The position numbers and the translations under genes are program-made. A stretch of 64,000 bases of DNA, taken from Candidatus Spongiisociaceae bacterium. GTDB taxonomy: Bacteria > Actinomycetota > Acidimicrobiia > Spongiisociales > Spongiisociaceae. Shown in pieces: positions 10,740 to 21,480 of the stretch. Below the pieces are notes generated by a model. The model was not told the DNA's origin. It searched no databases and was given only the letters and a program-made list of their open reading frames with translations. The stretch spans positions 4,448,001-4,512,000 of the forward strand of contig OZ253564.1 in NCBI GenBank assembly GCA_965262915.1, read 5' to 3'. The number at the start of each line of letters is the position of its first letter. The stretch's first letter is position 1.

Positions 10740-12523
10740 CCTGGATCCACCGATAGAGTATTTGGGGTTGGGGGTGGATAGACGCGGAAAGTGCCTCTGA
10801 TCTGGGACAATAGCCGTATCTGGAATGGTTATTGGCTCGGAGTCAGGAGGCACTTCCTGTGAGTGGAGTATTGCATAACATCAACCGTCTGGGGGTGGTT
10901 TTCGATGATGAGTCTTTGGTGGCCGACGCGGGGTTGTTAGCGGCCGGAACGTTGATGGACCGTCTCGGGTTGGAAGAGTTGGTGGACGGGACGGTGCGGT
11001 TGGGCGGCCGGGTGGGCGGCGCTCGGCCGGGTCGTAAGGTGTTGACGGTGGTGGCCGCAATGCTGGTGAGCGCTTCCCATATTGATCATGTGGATCGGCT
11101 ACGGGCGGGGTCAACGGGTCGGGTGTTGCCCCATGCGGTGATGGCTCCTTCCACGGTGGGGGTGTTTCTGCGTTCTTTCACCTGGGGTCACACACGCCAG
11201 TCGGGGGAAGGTGTTGACCTTGGCGCTGGGCCGGGCGTGGAGGACGGGTGCGGGTCCCGGGACCGGACCGGTGACGGTTGATCTGGACTCGACGATCTGT
11301 GCGGTGTCGGGCAAAGGGAAGCAGGGCGCCGCTTATGGTTATACCAAAGAGTTGGGTTATCACCCTCTTGTGGCGTTCCGGGCCAGCACGGGGGAGGTGG
11401 TCGGTGCCCGCCTGCGGGAAGGGTCGTCGCAGCGGGGTGTGGTCCATTTCGCGAAAGAAACTATTGGGCGGATAAGACGGGCCGGCGCTTCGGGCCGGGT
11501 GAGTGTGCGAGCCGATTCGGGGTTCTGGTCTTATGCCATGTTGGCTGCCCTAGACGATCTGGGGGTGGGCTGGTCGATCACCTCTCAGGCGAACAACAAG
11601 GTCAGGGCACTGATCGCCGACATCGGCGAAGACGCCTGGACCACTATCGGCTATCCCCCAGGGGGTGAAGCACAAGTGGGGGAAACGGTCATGGAGATGA
11701 CCAACCCCGGGAAGCGGTCGGAGCGACGCCAGGTTCGTTTGGTGATACGCCGCACCCGCCTGCTCGGTTCCCAAGCTCAGCTGTTCCCCGACTGGCGGTA
11801 CCACGCGTTCGTCACCAACCTCAACCTGCCGGCGGTCTCAGCCGACCGACACCACCAACCCCAGGTCGGGGAAGACACCGAACCGCCCAGGGTTGCCGAC
11901 ACCGGCCGCAACCCTGGGCGGGAACCTACCGAGGTATCGGCGGTCGAAGCCGACCGATACCACCGCCGCCACGCCACCTGCGAACTCGCCATCCGCGACC
12001 TGAAACACTCCGCAGGGCTCGCCCATCTCCCCTCCGCCAGCTTCGTCGCTAACGCCGCGTGGCTGATCTGCGCCGCCCTATCCCATAACCTCTACCGCCA
12101 GATCGCTCTCCTCGGACGAACCCAACCCAAGGGACGGCTCGTCTGTGGACGCACCATCCGCACCCGACTGTTCGGAATCCCCGGACGTGTGGTCAACCAC
12201 CGGGGCCGGCACATCCTGCGTCTACCCGCCCCATGGCCCTGGGAGCAGGTCTACCTAACCACCCTCGCTAACCTCCGCCGACTACCCCAGGTCTGCTGAC
12301 CGCACCCAACAGGCCCCCAACAACCAAAACCACCCAGCCAACCCCAGCCACACACGCCCCAATCCTCCGGAACCATCCCCCAAACACCACAAACGCATTC
12401 CACCATCCACCGACACACCCCTAACATCGCCCCAAACACCACACACCAAGCCCACCACCCCCAGCCACCGCCGCCAATCACCCACCGCCACGGTCAACCC
12501 CCCAATCCGTCGGTGGATTCAGG
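10740..12523 (+). mobile_element. IS1380-family element, transposase frameshifted near 11200
   Basis: IRs CCTGGATCCACCGA / TCGGTGGATTCAGG; TSD CTCAG 10735-39 and 12524-28; DLDST, GYHPL, RADSGF, ELAIRDLK. Confidence 0.92.
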
Positions 12524-13081
12524 CTCAGTTCGCAGAGGAACGGGTACCCCGAGTAGTCGGGTTCTACGGTGTCTGGTTTTGTTGCAGGTATGGGGGCATT
12601 ATCTGCCGTCGACCGACAGCCCGGCCGCTAAACAGCCTGCAAAACGTGGGTGCTCCCGACGGCTGGGAATGCACGAGGCGGGCGAACGCGGGGCCAGTCG
12701 TCCTCGTCCCGCATCCCGTGGACGCCGCCAACTGCAACAGCCCGGATGGTGCCCCAACCGACAGGGGTGCAGGGACCGTCCTACAATGCCCATTAGGGTC
12801 AGGCTGTGTCGGCGGGTTTCCGCCGGAAACCGGGTTAGCAACCTGGCGGTCTGAGTGGCCGAGGCTAGGGGGCGGGCGATTATCGAGGCGACCCGACGGG
12901 CGTCGTGACGGAGGAGTGCATCCATTAGGCAGCCACCGAGCGTTCAGTCGCCGCCACCGAGGAGCATGTAGAGGCTGTCTCGGAGGATCGGGACCACCAG
13001 CGGGAACAGCACCAGGGAGGCGCCGACCGTGGTGGCCGTGTCCCATCTAGGTCGTCGCCTGGGTGGGCGTGCGGGTAGGGC

Positions 13082-13316
13082 TGTTGACGTTTCGTTGCAA
13101 CTCACTCATAGTGGAGGGCGCCCCGTTTCTTAGGTGGCCCCTGTCACCGTGATGGCGTGGGGTGTGGTGCCTCCCGACATGGTTGGGTGCCTGCGACCTC
13201 TGGCAGGGACATGCACCGAAGTTCGGTGAACGCCCCGTTTTCCCCGGAGACTCTCCGGTAATCCCGGTGCGGTTCAGTCCACAAAAGTGGGGTAACTTCA
13301 CTCCCGTTCACTGACA
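13082..13316. mobile_element. Compound remnant: IS21-like end, IS110 left end (13104), 50-bp IS3 IR-IR unit (13227-13276), IS21-like end
   Basis: TGTTGACG...; C|ACTCATAGTGGA as in IS110-C; TGAACGCCCCG...CCGGTGCGGTTCA; ...GGGGTAACTTCACTCCCGTTCACTGACA. Confidence 0.7.
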
Positions 13317-13363
13317 CGGTGGGTGACTTGTGGCTACGGTTGGACCGATGCCGAGTTGGCACG

Positions 13364-13966
13364 CTATAGGTCGAGGTCATCCGCTGACGCAACACCGCAC
13401 CGGTCCAGCACGGCAACCAGAACGCTTCGGTCCGTACCCAGGTCGAACATCACACGATGGAAATAGACGGGCGGTGGATGCTCCCACTCGTCTTCCCCAA
13501 CCCAGCGCTCGCCTTTATTCGAGTACTCCCGCAAGGCACCCTCATACGGCGCCTTGTAGGCATCCATCTCGTACACCAGCAACTCAGAGCCGGCCAAGGC
13601 CTCATATACTTCAGTGGTCACAACCAGTGATCTGTCGCCGTACGGGCCTGCTTCGCCGTCCGTAAAGAACGCCCACCGCTGTGAATATGAGTATCCCAGG
13701 TTTTCGGACGGGAACGGGTCGTAGTGGACCTGGGCCTCAGTCGGGTAACGGCCATCGGTCTCACATCCGGCAGATAGCCCCGCGTTGCCTTCCGAAGAGA
13801 GAAGCCTTGCCTCCCACCGTTCGTCGTCTGAGTGATCCACCCAGCCCTGCGGTGGCTCTTCGACGACGACTGACGTGGCAACCGACGTTTCGACCGGGCC
13901 TGACACCACATCACACCCAGCCAGCAACAGCAGCGGAAGCGTTATCCGTACCGCAGCACTGCGCAT
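13364..13966 (-). CDS. Putative lipoprotein
   Basis: GGGAGA RBS; lipobox LLLAGC. Confidence 0.75.
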   Translation of the reverse strand: MRSAAVRITLPLLLLAGCDVVSGPVETSVATSVVVEEPPQGWVDHSDDERWEARLLSSEGNAGLSAGCETDGRYPTEAQVHYDPFPSENLGYSYSQRWAFFTDGEAGPYGDRSLVVTTEVYEALAGSELLVYEMDAYKAPYEGALREYSNKGERWVGEDEWEHPPPVYFHRVMFDLGTDRSVLVAVLDRCGVASADDLDL

Positions 13967-14003
13967 TTGGTCTCTCCCTTCGTGGTTCTCATAACGGTCG
14001 GGG

Positions 14004-14257
14004 TCACCCTTCGCAGTAGCCTCCCCGCCGGTCCGATGACTTCCTCCCAACGGAGAAGGTCCGTATCTGCCCGTCCTCCTGGCGGACCCGCACCTGCCCG
14101 CTCACTCTCGATTCCCACACCGAGTAGCCATCACTCGAACAGTACTCGTCCACAGGGGCGTAGACAGTCCGATAGCTGCTCCAGTCTTTTGCGTTCCTGT
14201 CCCACATTACCCAGAAGACGAGACCGTCACGTGCCCACAGTTGGCCTGGGCAACCTT
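14004..14257 (-). pseudogene. 3' remnant of a hypothetical gene cut by an IS3-type end
   Basis: Frame open to 14257, where the IS3 IR fragment TGAACCGTACCGGGTT (14258-73) begins. Confidence 0.45.
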
Positions 14258-14329
14258 TGAACCGTACCGGGTTTGTTGACGATCAGCGAAATTACCCAGT
14301 CTCGATCACCGAAAATCACTCATAGTGGA

Positions 14330-14560
14330 TGGTGCCCCGTTTCTTTGGGGGTCACTGCGATGATGCGGGTGGCCCCCCGGGACCGGGGGGCGGGTCTGAC
14401 CCAACTGAAATTTGGCGTGTGGATTGCCTTTGTGGGGATCTGTCGGCCTGTTCCCCCGGTCCCGGGGGCGGGGTTGTGGCTCGAAGCGGATGTGACCTTG
14501 TAGGAGCTTTAGCTTGCCAGCACCGTGAGTGTATTGTCCGCCGTTTTTGGCCGGAGCCCC
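14330..14560 (+). ncRNA. Predicted bridge RNA of IS110-C (ends approximate)
   Basis: LTG ACTGAAATT 14404-12, RTG GTGGGG 14432-37, LDG GTAGGAGC 14500-07, RDG TGAGTG 14526-31. Confidence 0.85.
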
Positions 14561-16064
14561 TTCTAGCAAGACGGTAGTCCACGGGGAGGTGGGTCGTGTC
14601 AGAGGATGGGGTTGGTGTTTTCGGGCTCTTCGGAAATGAGGGGGGAGTAGGGGGTCGGCTAGGTGGTGCCGTAATCCACCAGAAGTGATGGGGGGTCCTC
14701 CATAATCGGATGGTTGGTAACAGACATCCGAGGCAGGAGGACCCCTGTGGAAGCTGATCCTACGCGCATGTGCGAGAAGTTGGTAGGCCTGGGCGACGTT
14801 GATCTGGTAGGGATCAACGACTCGGGCGAGGGTGCACCGCTTGGGGTGGTGATCGGGTCCCGCAAGCCCCGCCCGTTGTGTGAGTCCTGTGGCGGCCCGG
14901 TGTGGTCCAAGGGTCACAGAACGGTTGTGTTGGTGGATTTACCGGCGTTCGGCCGTCCGGTTCGGCTGCGGTGGAGGAAACGCCGCTGGACGTGCCCGAA
15001 CCCCGACTGTGAGATCAGATCGTTCATCGAACAAGACCCCAAGATTGGTCCCCAACGGGCGTTGTTGACATCGAGAGCGGCTCGGTGGGTGACCGTCCAG
15101 GTGGGTGGGCGGGGCCGCCCGGTCGACGAGGTCGCCTCGGAGTTGGGTTGTGATTGGCATACGGTGAACAACGAGGTCGTCCGCTGGGGCGAAGCACTCC
15201 TGGGGGCCGACACCGATCGGATAGGCGAGGTCGGAGCTGTGGGCATCGACAAGAAGCGTTGTTCTGGCGGAAAGGCCGGTGGCGCACCAAGGTTTGGTGC
15301 ACTTCTGTCGTCGATGTGGGAGGCCGCCAGTTGATCGACATAGTCGGTGGTAGAACGGCAGAAAGCGCCGCAGCCTGGTTCCGATCCCAGCCCCCCGAGT
15401 GGCTCGACGGGATCCGCTGGGCGGTGCTGGACATGTCAGGGCCTTATCGGAAGGCGTACGACCGGGTGCTACCGCACGCGCTGCAGGTAGCGGACCCCTT
15501 CCACGTCATCCGCCTCGCCAACCAGCGACTCGACGAAGTACGACGAAGAGTCCAAAACGAAACCCTCGGGCATCGAGGACGCAAGGATGACCCGCTGTAT
15601 CGGATACGGCGGCTCCTCACCGCCGCCCATGAGAGGATCAGCGACCGCGGTCAAACACGGCTGCGTGGTCTCCTCGACGCTGGTGACCCCCATAGCGAAG
15701 TCCGCACCGCCTGGCACGCGAAAGAGACGGTCCGAGGCATCTACGGGGTCGACAGTCCCGCCCTCGCTCTCCGATACACCGTCGGGCTCGCGGACGACCT
15801 CCAGGACGAATCCTGCCCACCCGAGATCAACAAGTTGGGTCGCACCATCGCCCGCTGGACCCCCCAGATCACCAACTGGCACATCTCGAAGGTAACCAAC
15901 AGATGCCACCGAAGCCCTCAACAACCTCATCAAACGCATCAAACGAGCAGCGTTCGGGTTACCCAACTTCGCGAACTACCGAATCCGCGCCCTTCTCTAC
16001 GCGGGGAAACCCAACTGGGACCTACTCCCATCGGTCACTCCCCACTGAAATCCACTCATACTTA

Positions 16065-16245
16065 GAAGGTTCCTGGGCTGGGACGGGTCTGACCCAACTG
16101 AAATCTGGCTTTGTGCCTTTTCATCGATCTGTCGGCCTGTTCCCAGCTTGGGGGTGTAACCCCCTGACCCGGGGCGGATGTGACCTTATAGGAGCTTTGA
16201 TCTTCCACCACCGTGAGTGGTCTGTCCACCGCCTTCCGGGTCCGA
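16065..16245 (+). ncRNA. Predicted bridge RNA of IS110-B (ends approximate)
   Basis: LTG 16097-105, RTG TCATCG 16121-26, LDG ATAGGAGC 16188-95, RDG TGAGTG 16214-19. Confidence 0.85.
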
Positions 16246-16286
16246 GGATTAGGAAGTGATTCTATCCAGCAGAGGAGGAAGGTGTC

Positions 16287-17603
16287 ATGGGAGAAGATGG
16301 TCGGGTTGTGTTCGGTGGGGTTGATACCCATCGTGATACCCATGTGGCGGCGGTGGTTGATGGCGCCGGTCGGGTCCTGGGAACGGCACCGTTCGGAGCT
16401 GATCCGGTCGGCTATGAGCAACTGGAAGACTGGTTGCGGTTACAGGGTCGCGTTAGCCGGGTAGGAGTGGAGGGCACCGGCAGCTACGGCGCCGGCCTCG
16501 CCCGCTATCTGATGGCGGCGGGCATCGAGGTGGTAGAAGTGAACCGGCCGAACCGGCAGCTACGCCGCCAGCGGGGCGGCAAGACCGACAGTGTCGACGC
16601 CGAGGCGGCAGCTCGGGCAGCGGCCTCGGGGCAAGCTACCGCAGTTCCCAAATCTGGTGACGGACCGGTTGAGTGCATACGGATGCTGTTGGTGGCCCGC
16701 CGCTCGGCTACCAAGGCCCGCACCCAGGCCGCTAACCAGATACATTCTGTGACCGTTACTGCACCTGAGCCGCTAAAACGCCAGCTCAGAGGTCTCAAGC
16801 TCAAGGCTCGGGTTCGGGTCTGTGCCCGCTGGCGTCCCGGCCAAGCACAGACCACTGCGGCGTACGCGAAGATGGCTCTACGCTACCTGGCCCGCCGATA
16901 CCAATCCCTCGACGCAGAGATCCGCGAACTCGACGTCGAGATCCGTCGCCTCTGCGCCGAGGCTAACCCGGCTCCCTTAGCCGCCACCGGTGTGGGCCCT
17001 GACAGCGCTGCTGCGCTGCTAGTCGCTGCCGGCGACAACCCCGGACGGATGAAATCGGAACGGTCCTTCGCTGCGCTATGCGGCGCCAGCCCCGTCCAGG
17101 CATCATCGGGACAGACCATCCGGCATCGTCTCAACCGGGGCGGCAACCGCCAAGCCAACAACGCACTCTGGCGGATCGCTACCACCCGGATACGCCACGA
17201 CGCAGCCACCAACCAATACGTGGCACGGCGCCAGGGGGAAGGAAAGAACCGAAAAGAGATCATCCGCTGCCTCAAGCGGCACATCGCCCGAGAGGTCTAC
17301 CGACTGCTGACCAACCCGCCACCAACCCCGAACTGCGCCCGGCTCCGCCGCCGACGTCAACACGCCAACATCACCGTCACCCAGGCCGCCCAGCTGACCA
17401 ACCCGCCACCAACCCCGAACTGCGCCCGGCTCCGCCGCCGACGTCAACACGCCAACATCACCGTCACCCAGGCCGCCCAACAGCTCGGAACCCACCCCAG
17501 CCGCATCTCAGCACTCGAACACGGCCGAGACCACAACCACCAACTCGCCAGCCGATACCAGACCTGGCTCCTAACCCACCAACCGGCCCCATCACCGACT
17601 TGA
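16287..17603 (+). CDS. IS110 recombinase with XRE-like HTH and an internal 29-aa duplication
   Basis: DEDD and SSG motifs intact; 87-bp tandem repeat 17307-17480. Confidence 0.93.
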   Translation: MGEDGRVVFGGVDTHRDTHVAAVVDGAGRVLGTAPFGADPVGYEQLEDWLRLQGRVSRVGVEGTGSYGAGLARYLMAAGIEVVEVNRPNRQLRRQRGGKTDSVDAEAAARAAASGQATAVPKSGDGPVECIRMLLVARRSATKARTQAANQIHSVTVTAPEPLKRQLRGLKLKARVRVCARWRPGQAQTTAAYAKMALRYLARRYQSLDAEIRELDVEIRRLCAEANPAPLAATGVGPDSAAALLVAAGDNPGRMKSERSFAALCGASPVQASSGQTIRHRLNRGGNRQANNALWRIATTRIRHDAATNQYVARRQGEGKNRKEIIRCLKRHIAREVYRLLTNPPPTPNCARLRRRRQHANITVTQAAQLTNPPPTPNCARLRRRRQHANITVTQAAQQLGTHPSRISALEHGRDHNHQLASRYQTWLLTHQPAPSPT

Positions 17604-18949
17604 CAACCATAGGAGCATCGATGAGCCTGTTTTCGGTGGGGTTGATACCCATCGGGATGCCCATGTGGGGGCGGTGGTGGATAGCGCTGGTCGCCTGTTG
17701 GGTTCGGAGTCGTTCGCAGCGGAGAGAGCCGGGTATCGCCAGATGGTCGCCTGGTTCGGATCGCAGGGATGCCTGGTTCGGGTCGGGGTGGAAGGGACAG
17801 GCAGCTACGGCGCTGGGCTGGCTCGTTATCTGACCGCAGCCGACATCGATGTGGTGGAGGTGAACCGCCCCAACCGCCAACTACGCCGCCAAAAGGGCGG
17901 GAAGTCTGACAGCGTCGACGCCGAGGGAGCAGCTCGGGCGGCTGCTAGCGGGGAGGCGGCGGCGGTTCCTAAATCCGGTGATGGGCCGGTTGAGTGCCTC
18001 CGGATGCTGTTGGTGGCCCGCCGCTCCGCGACCAAGGCCCGCACCCAGGCCGCTAACCAGATCCATTCTGTGATCGTTGGTGCCCCAGAGCCGGTAAAAC
18101 ACCAGCTCAAGGGTATGAACCTCAGAGCACGGGTCCGGGTCTGTGCCCGCTGGCGTCCCGGTGAAGCACAGACCACAGCCGCGTACGCGAAGAAGGTTCT
18201 ACGCCACCTGGCCCGCCGATACCAAACCCTCGACGCAGAGATCACCGAACTTGAGGGAGACATCCGTCGTCTCTGCGCTAGGGCGAACCCGGCGTTGTTG
18301 GCCGCCAACGGTGTGGGCCCTGACACAGCCTCGGTGCTGCTGGTCGCAGCCGGCGACAACCCCGGGCGAATGAAATCGGAACGGTCCTTCGCGGCGCTGT
18401 GCGGCACCAGTCCTGTTCAGGCATCATCGGGACAGACCATACGGCATCGTCTCAACCGGGGCGGTAACCGCCAAGCCAACAGCGCGCTGTGGCGGATCGC
18501 TACCACCCGGATGCGCACCGACGCTGCCACCAAAGAATATGTGACCAGACGCCAGGGGGAAGGAAAGAACCGAAAAGAGATCATCCGCTGCCTCAAGCGG
18601 CACATCGCCCGAGAGATCTACCGACTACTCACCAACCCGCCCCCAACCCCGAACTGCGCCCGCCTACGCGACCAGCGTCAACATGCCGGTATCACCGTGA
18701 CCCAGGCCGCCCAAGCCCTCGGAACCCACACAGCCCGCATCTCAGAACTCGAACTCGGACGGAACCACAACCACCAGCTAGCGACCCGATACCAGAGGTG
18801 GCTCCGCACCCACGAGGCGGCCCCATCACCGATTTGACAACCGTAGGAGCATCCCCACCCTGTGACAGCAAATACCAGACGTTGAGTGGGGTCCTCTCCA
18901 AGCTGCTGACTGAGAGATCTGGCAGCGAGGAGAGGGAGCCCTGCCGCTG

Positions 18950-20254
18950 ATGTTGGCACAGGAGGAATCCGTGGAAGTACACGCGTTGAGGAAGCGAGGC
19001 TGGTCGATGTGGGCCATTGCCCGCCATGTGGGAAGAGACCGCAAAACAGTACGAGCTCACCTTTCTGGTGAGCGTATCCCCGGGCAGCGGAGGTCGGCGG
19101 AGCCGGATCCGTTCGATGTGGTCGAGGCTTATGTTGGGCAGCGGCTGGCCGAGGATCCCCATCTTTGGGCGACGGCACTGTTCGACGAAGCCAAGGGTCT
19201 GGGGTATGGGCAGAGCTATGTGACGTTTGCCCGTAAGATCCGAGTCCGGCGGCTGCGTCCGTCGTGTGCGGCGTGTGGGGGAACCCGAGGACAGCCGACC
19301 GTGGTGATCGATCATCCGGCGGGCGAAGAATGCCAGTGGGACTGGTTGGAGTTGCGGGACACCCCGTGGGGGTCGAAGGTTTTCGTGTTGGTGGGTGTGC
19401 TGTCACATTCGGGCAGGTTCCGGGCGTGGGTGAGCTCGAGCCAGGACCAGGCGCATCTGGTGGAGGGCATCGACGGGGTGCTGCGCCGCTTCGGGGGGAC
19501 TGCCCGGCGGTGGCGGGTGGATCGTATGGCGACGGTGGTGGTGCCGGGCACCGACCGGATACAGGCGTCGTTCGTGGGAGTGGCGAAGCATTACGGTGTC
19601 GGGGTTGATCCGTGTCCGCCGAGACGGCCGAACCGCAAAGGCGTGGTCGAGAAAGCGATCCATTACATAGCTCAGCGGTGGTGGCGCACCGCTGCGGTGG
19701 GAACACTGTCCGAGGCGCAGGACAGCCTCGACCACTTCTCCCAGACGGTTGGGGATGCCCGTCGGCGGGCTGGGGACACGGTTGGGGAACTCGCCGACGC
19801 AGAACCGTTACTTCCGCTTCCTGCGATGCCGTATCCCGCGGAGGGAGTCCTGGTCCGCAAAGTGGCTGCCAACGGGCTGGTGTCGGTGTGGGGCAACCAG
19901 TATTCGGTGCCACCAGGGGTTATAAGAACCGAAGTTAGCGTTCGTTGGCGGCTGGGTGACCCCAGCTTCGATGTAATCTCGGCTTCTGGGCGGCTGGTCG
20001 CCACCCACCGCAAGGTCCCCCGAGGCCAAGGCAGGGTGGTTCGCCTTCCCGAACATACCGCAGCCCTGGAGAAGGTCGTGCTCGGGGCGTTCACCACAGC
20101 CCGGCCCCCCAAACCCAAACCCAACCGGCCACCATCGGCAGCGGCTCGGGCGATCGCCGCCGACATTGGGGGCGGAGTGGAACACGACGAGCCGGTGATC
20201 GACCTCGCCGTCTACCAACGTCACATCGACCAACAGAACCGGGGCCGGCGATGA
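18950..20254 (+). CDS. istA: IS21 transposase IstA
   Basis: N-terminal HTH, PAGEECQWDW, DRM, KGVVEK, GNQYSVP. Confidence 0.93.
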   Translation: MLAQEESVEVHALRKRGWSMWAIARHVGRDRKTVRAHLSGERIPGQRRSAEPDPFDVVEAYVGQRLAEDPHLWATALFDEAKGLGYGQSYVTFARKIRVRRLRPSCAACGGTRGQPTVVIDHPAGEECQWDWLELRDTPWGSKVFVLVGVLSHSGRFRAWVSSSQDQAHLVEGIDGVLRRFGGTARRWRVDRMATVVVPGTDRIQASFVGVAKHYGVGVDPCPPRRPNRKGVVEKAIHYIAQRWWRTAAVGTLSEAQDSLDHFSQTVGDARRRAGDTVGELADAEPLLPLPAMPYPAEGVLVRKVAANGLVSVWGNQYSVPPGVIRTEVSVRWRLGDPSFDVISASGRLVATHRKVPRGQGRVVRLPEHTAALEKVVLGAFTTARPPKPKPNRPPSAAARAIAADIGGGVEHDEPVIDLAVYQRHIDQQNRGRR

Positions 20255-21034
20255 GCCGAGACACCATCTACCAACAGCTCCGTGGCCATCTCGCCTACCT
20301 CAAGCTGGCGGCAGCTGCCGAGGCGCTACCAGCCCACCTCGAAGCAGCCCGCCAGAGCCAGCTTGGCCACACCCAGTTCCTCGAGGAACTGCTTCGCGTC
20401 GAGGTCGAAGCCACCGAAACCCGCCGCTGGAACAGCCGGATGCGGTTCGCTAACTTCCCCACGGCCTGGCAACTCGACGACTTCGACTTCTCAGCCCAGC
20501 CCTCCATCGATGAGAAACTCGTGCGGGAACTCGCAGCAGGCGCCTACCTCGCCGACGCGACCAACGTGCTGTTCATCGGCCCGCCCGGAGTCGGCAAGAC
20601 CATGCTCGCGGTCATCTTGGGCCGCGCCGCGGTCGATGGTGGGCACAGGGTTTACTACACCACCGCCGCTGACCTAGCCGCCCGTTGCCCCAACAGCCGC
20701 CCTCGAAGGCCGCTGGGCCGCAACCATGCGGTTCTTCTCCGGCCCGGCAGTTCTCATAGTCGACGAACTGGGATATCTGCCCATGCCCGCCCAAGACGCC
20801 GCCTCCCTGTTCCAGGTCATCTCCCGCCGCTACCAGAAAGGATCGGTCATCCTGACCACCAACCGCAACGTCGCGTCGTGGGGAGACATCTTCTCCGACT
20901 CCACAATCGCTGCTGCCATGCTGGACCGGCTCCTGCACCGAAGTGTCGTGTTCACCATCTCAGGTGACAGCTACCGGCTACGCGCCTACCAAGCCCAAGC
21001 CCGCAAACACCGACCGAAAGGAGACAGAAACTAG
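20251..21034 (+). pseudogene. istB: IS21 helper ATPase IstB, frameshift near 20690
   Basis: Walker A GPPGVGKT; LIVDELGY, TTN and AMLDRLLH lie in another frame. Confidence 0.9.
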
Positions 21035-21102
21035 ACTCAGCAACACACCCAGGGTGGGGATTTTCACTGATCGACTCTGGGTAGTTTCAACGATCGCCAA
21101 CA

Positions 21103-21480
21103 TAGGCGACCCCGGCCAGTCCCGGCTAAGGACGATGACGTGGCAGGGCTCGGCCGTGTGAGCGTCCGGATCGAGGTCCCACAGTTGGCGCAGCGCCGTG
21201 TGGTCGGGGTCGGACCAGTACCGGCTGACGATGGCCGCTTTGTATCCCTCGGCTCGTATCTCGCTCACACGGGCTTCGAGTTCGTCCCTCGACTCGGCCT
21301 CTTTGAGCACCGTCTCGGTGGCGTGGACCGGCTTGGTGGCCAAGCTGGTCAGCTTGTGGGGTCCGACGTTGCGGTCGGCCAGGCGGCTGATCTGGTAGGC
21401 GTGGTCGACGGTGATGTCGCCTGCCCGTACCTTCTCCTGCACTTCGGCGGGTAAGGCCAGCTTGATGGCAAGCACTTCGA
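21103..21480 (-). pseudogene. ParB-like HTH fragment truncated by IS21
   Basis: LALPAEVQEKVRAGDITVDHAYQISRL. Confidence 0.6.

Larger units (their letters stand above)
16054..17619 (+). mobile_element. IS110-family element B in ISL3 IRR
   Basis: Same junctions as A: GAAATCC|ACTCATA and GGAGCATC|GATGAGCC. Confidence 0.95.
14624..17627 (+). mobile_element. ISL3 copy 3 (transposase frameshifted near 15250 and 15900), IRR split by IS110-B
   Basis: 8-bp TSD TGTTTTCG at 14616-23 and 17628-35. Confidence 0.95.
14596..18837 (+). pseudogene. IS110-C recombinase split by ISL3 (14596-14623 plus 17636-18837)
   Basis: Joined frame reads MSEDGVGVFG|GVDTHRDAHVGAVVD. Confidence 0.92.
14318..18853 (+). mobile_element. 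IS110-family element C in IS21 IRL, itself interrupted by ISL3 copy 3
   Basis: Ends ACTCATAGT... and ...TTGACAACCGTAGGAGCATC. Confidence 0.93.
14274..21102 (+). mobile_element. IS21-family element, IRL split by IS110-C
   Basis: IRL TGTTGACGATCAGCGAAATTACCCAGTCTCGATCACCGAAAATC|CCCACCC matches IRR 21052-21102; istA and istB inside. Confidence 0.92.

Noticed and set aside
14258-21110. IS21 inserted into an IS3 IR with a TSD
   Set aside because: Flanks (GGGTT and TAGGC) do not match and the right flank is a parB-like fragment; an adjacent deletion is more likely.
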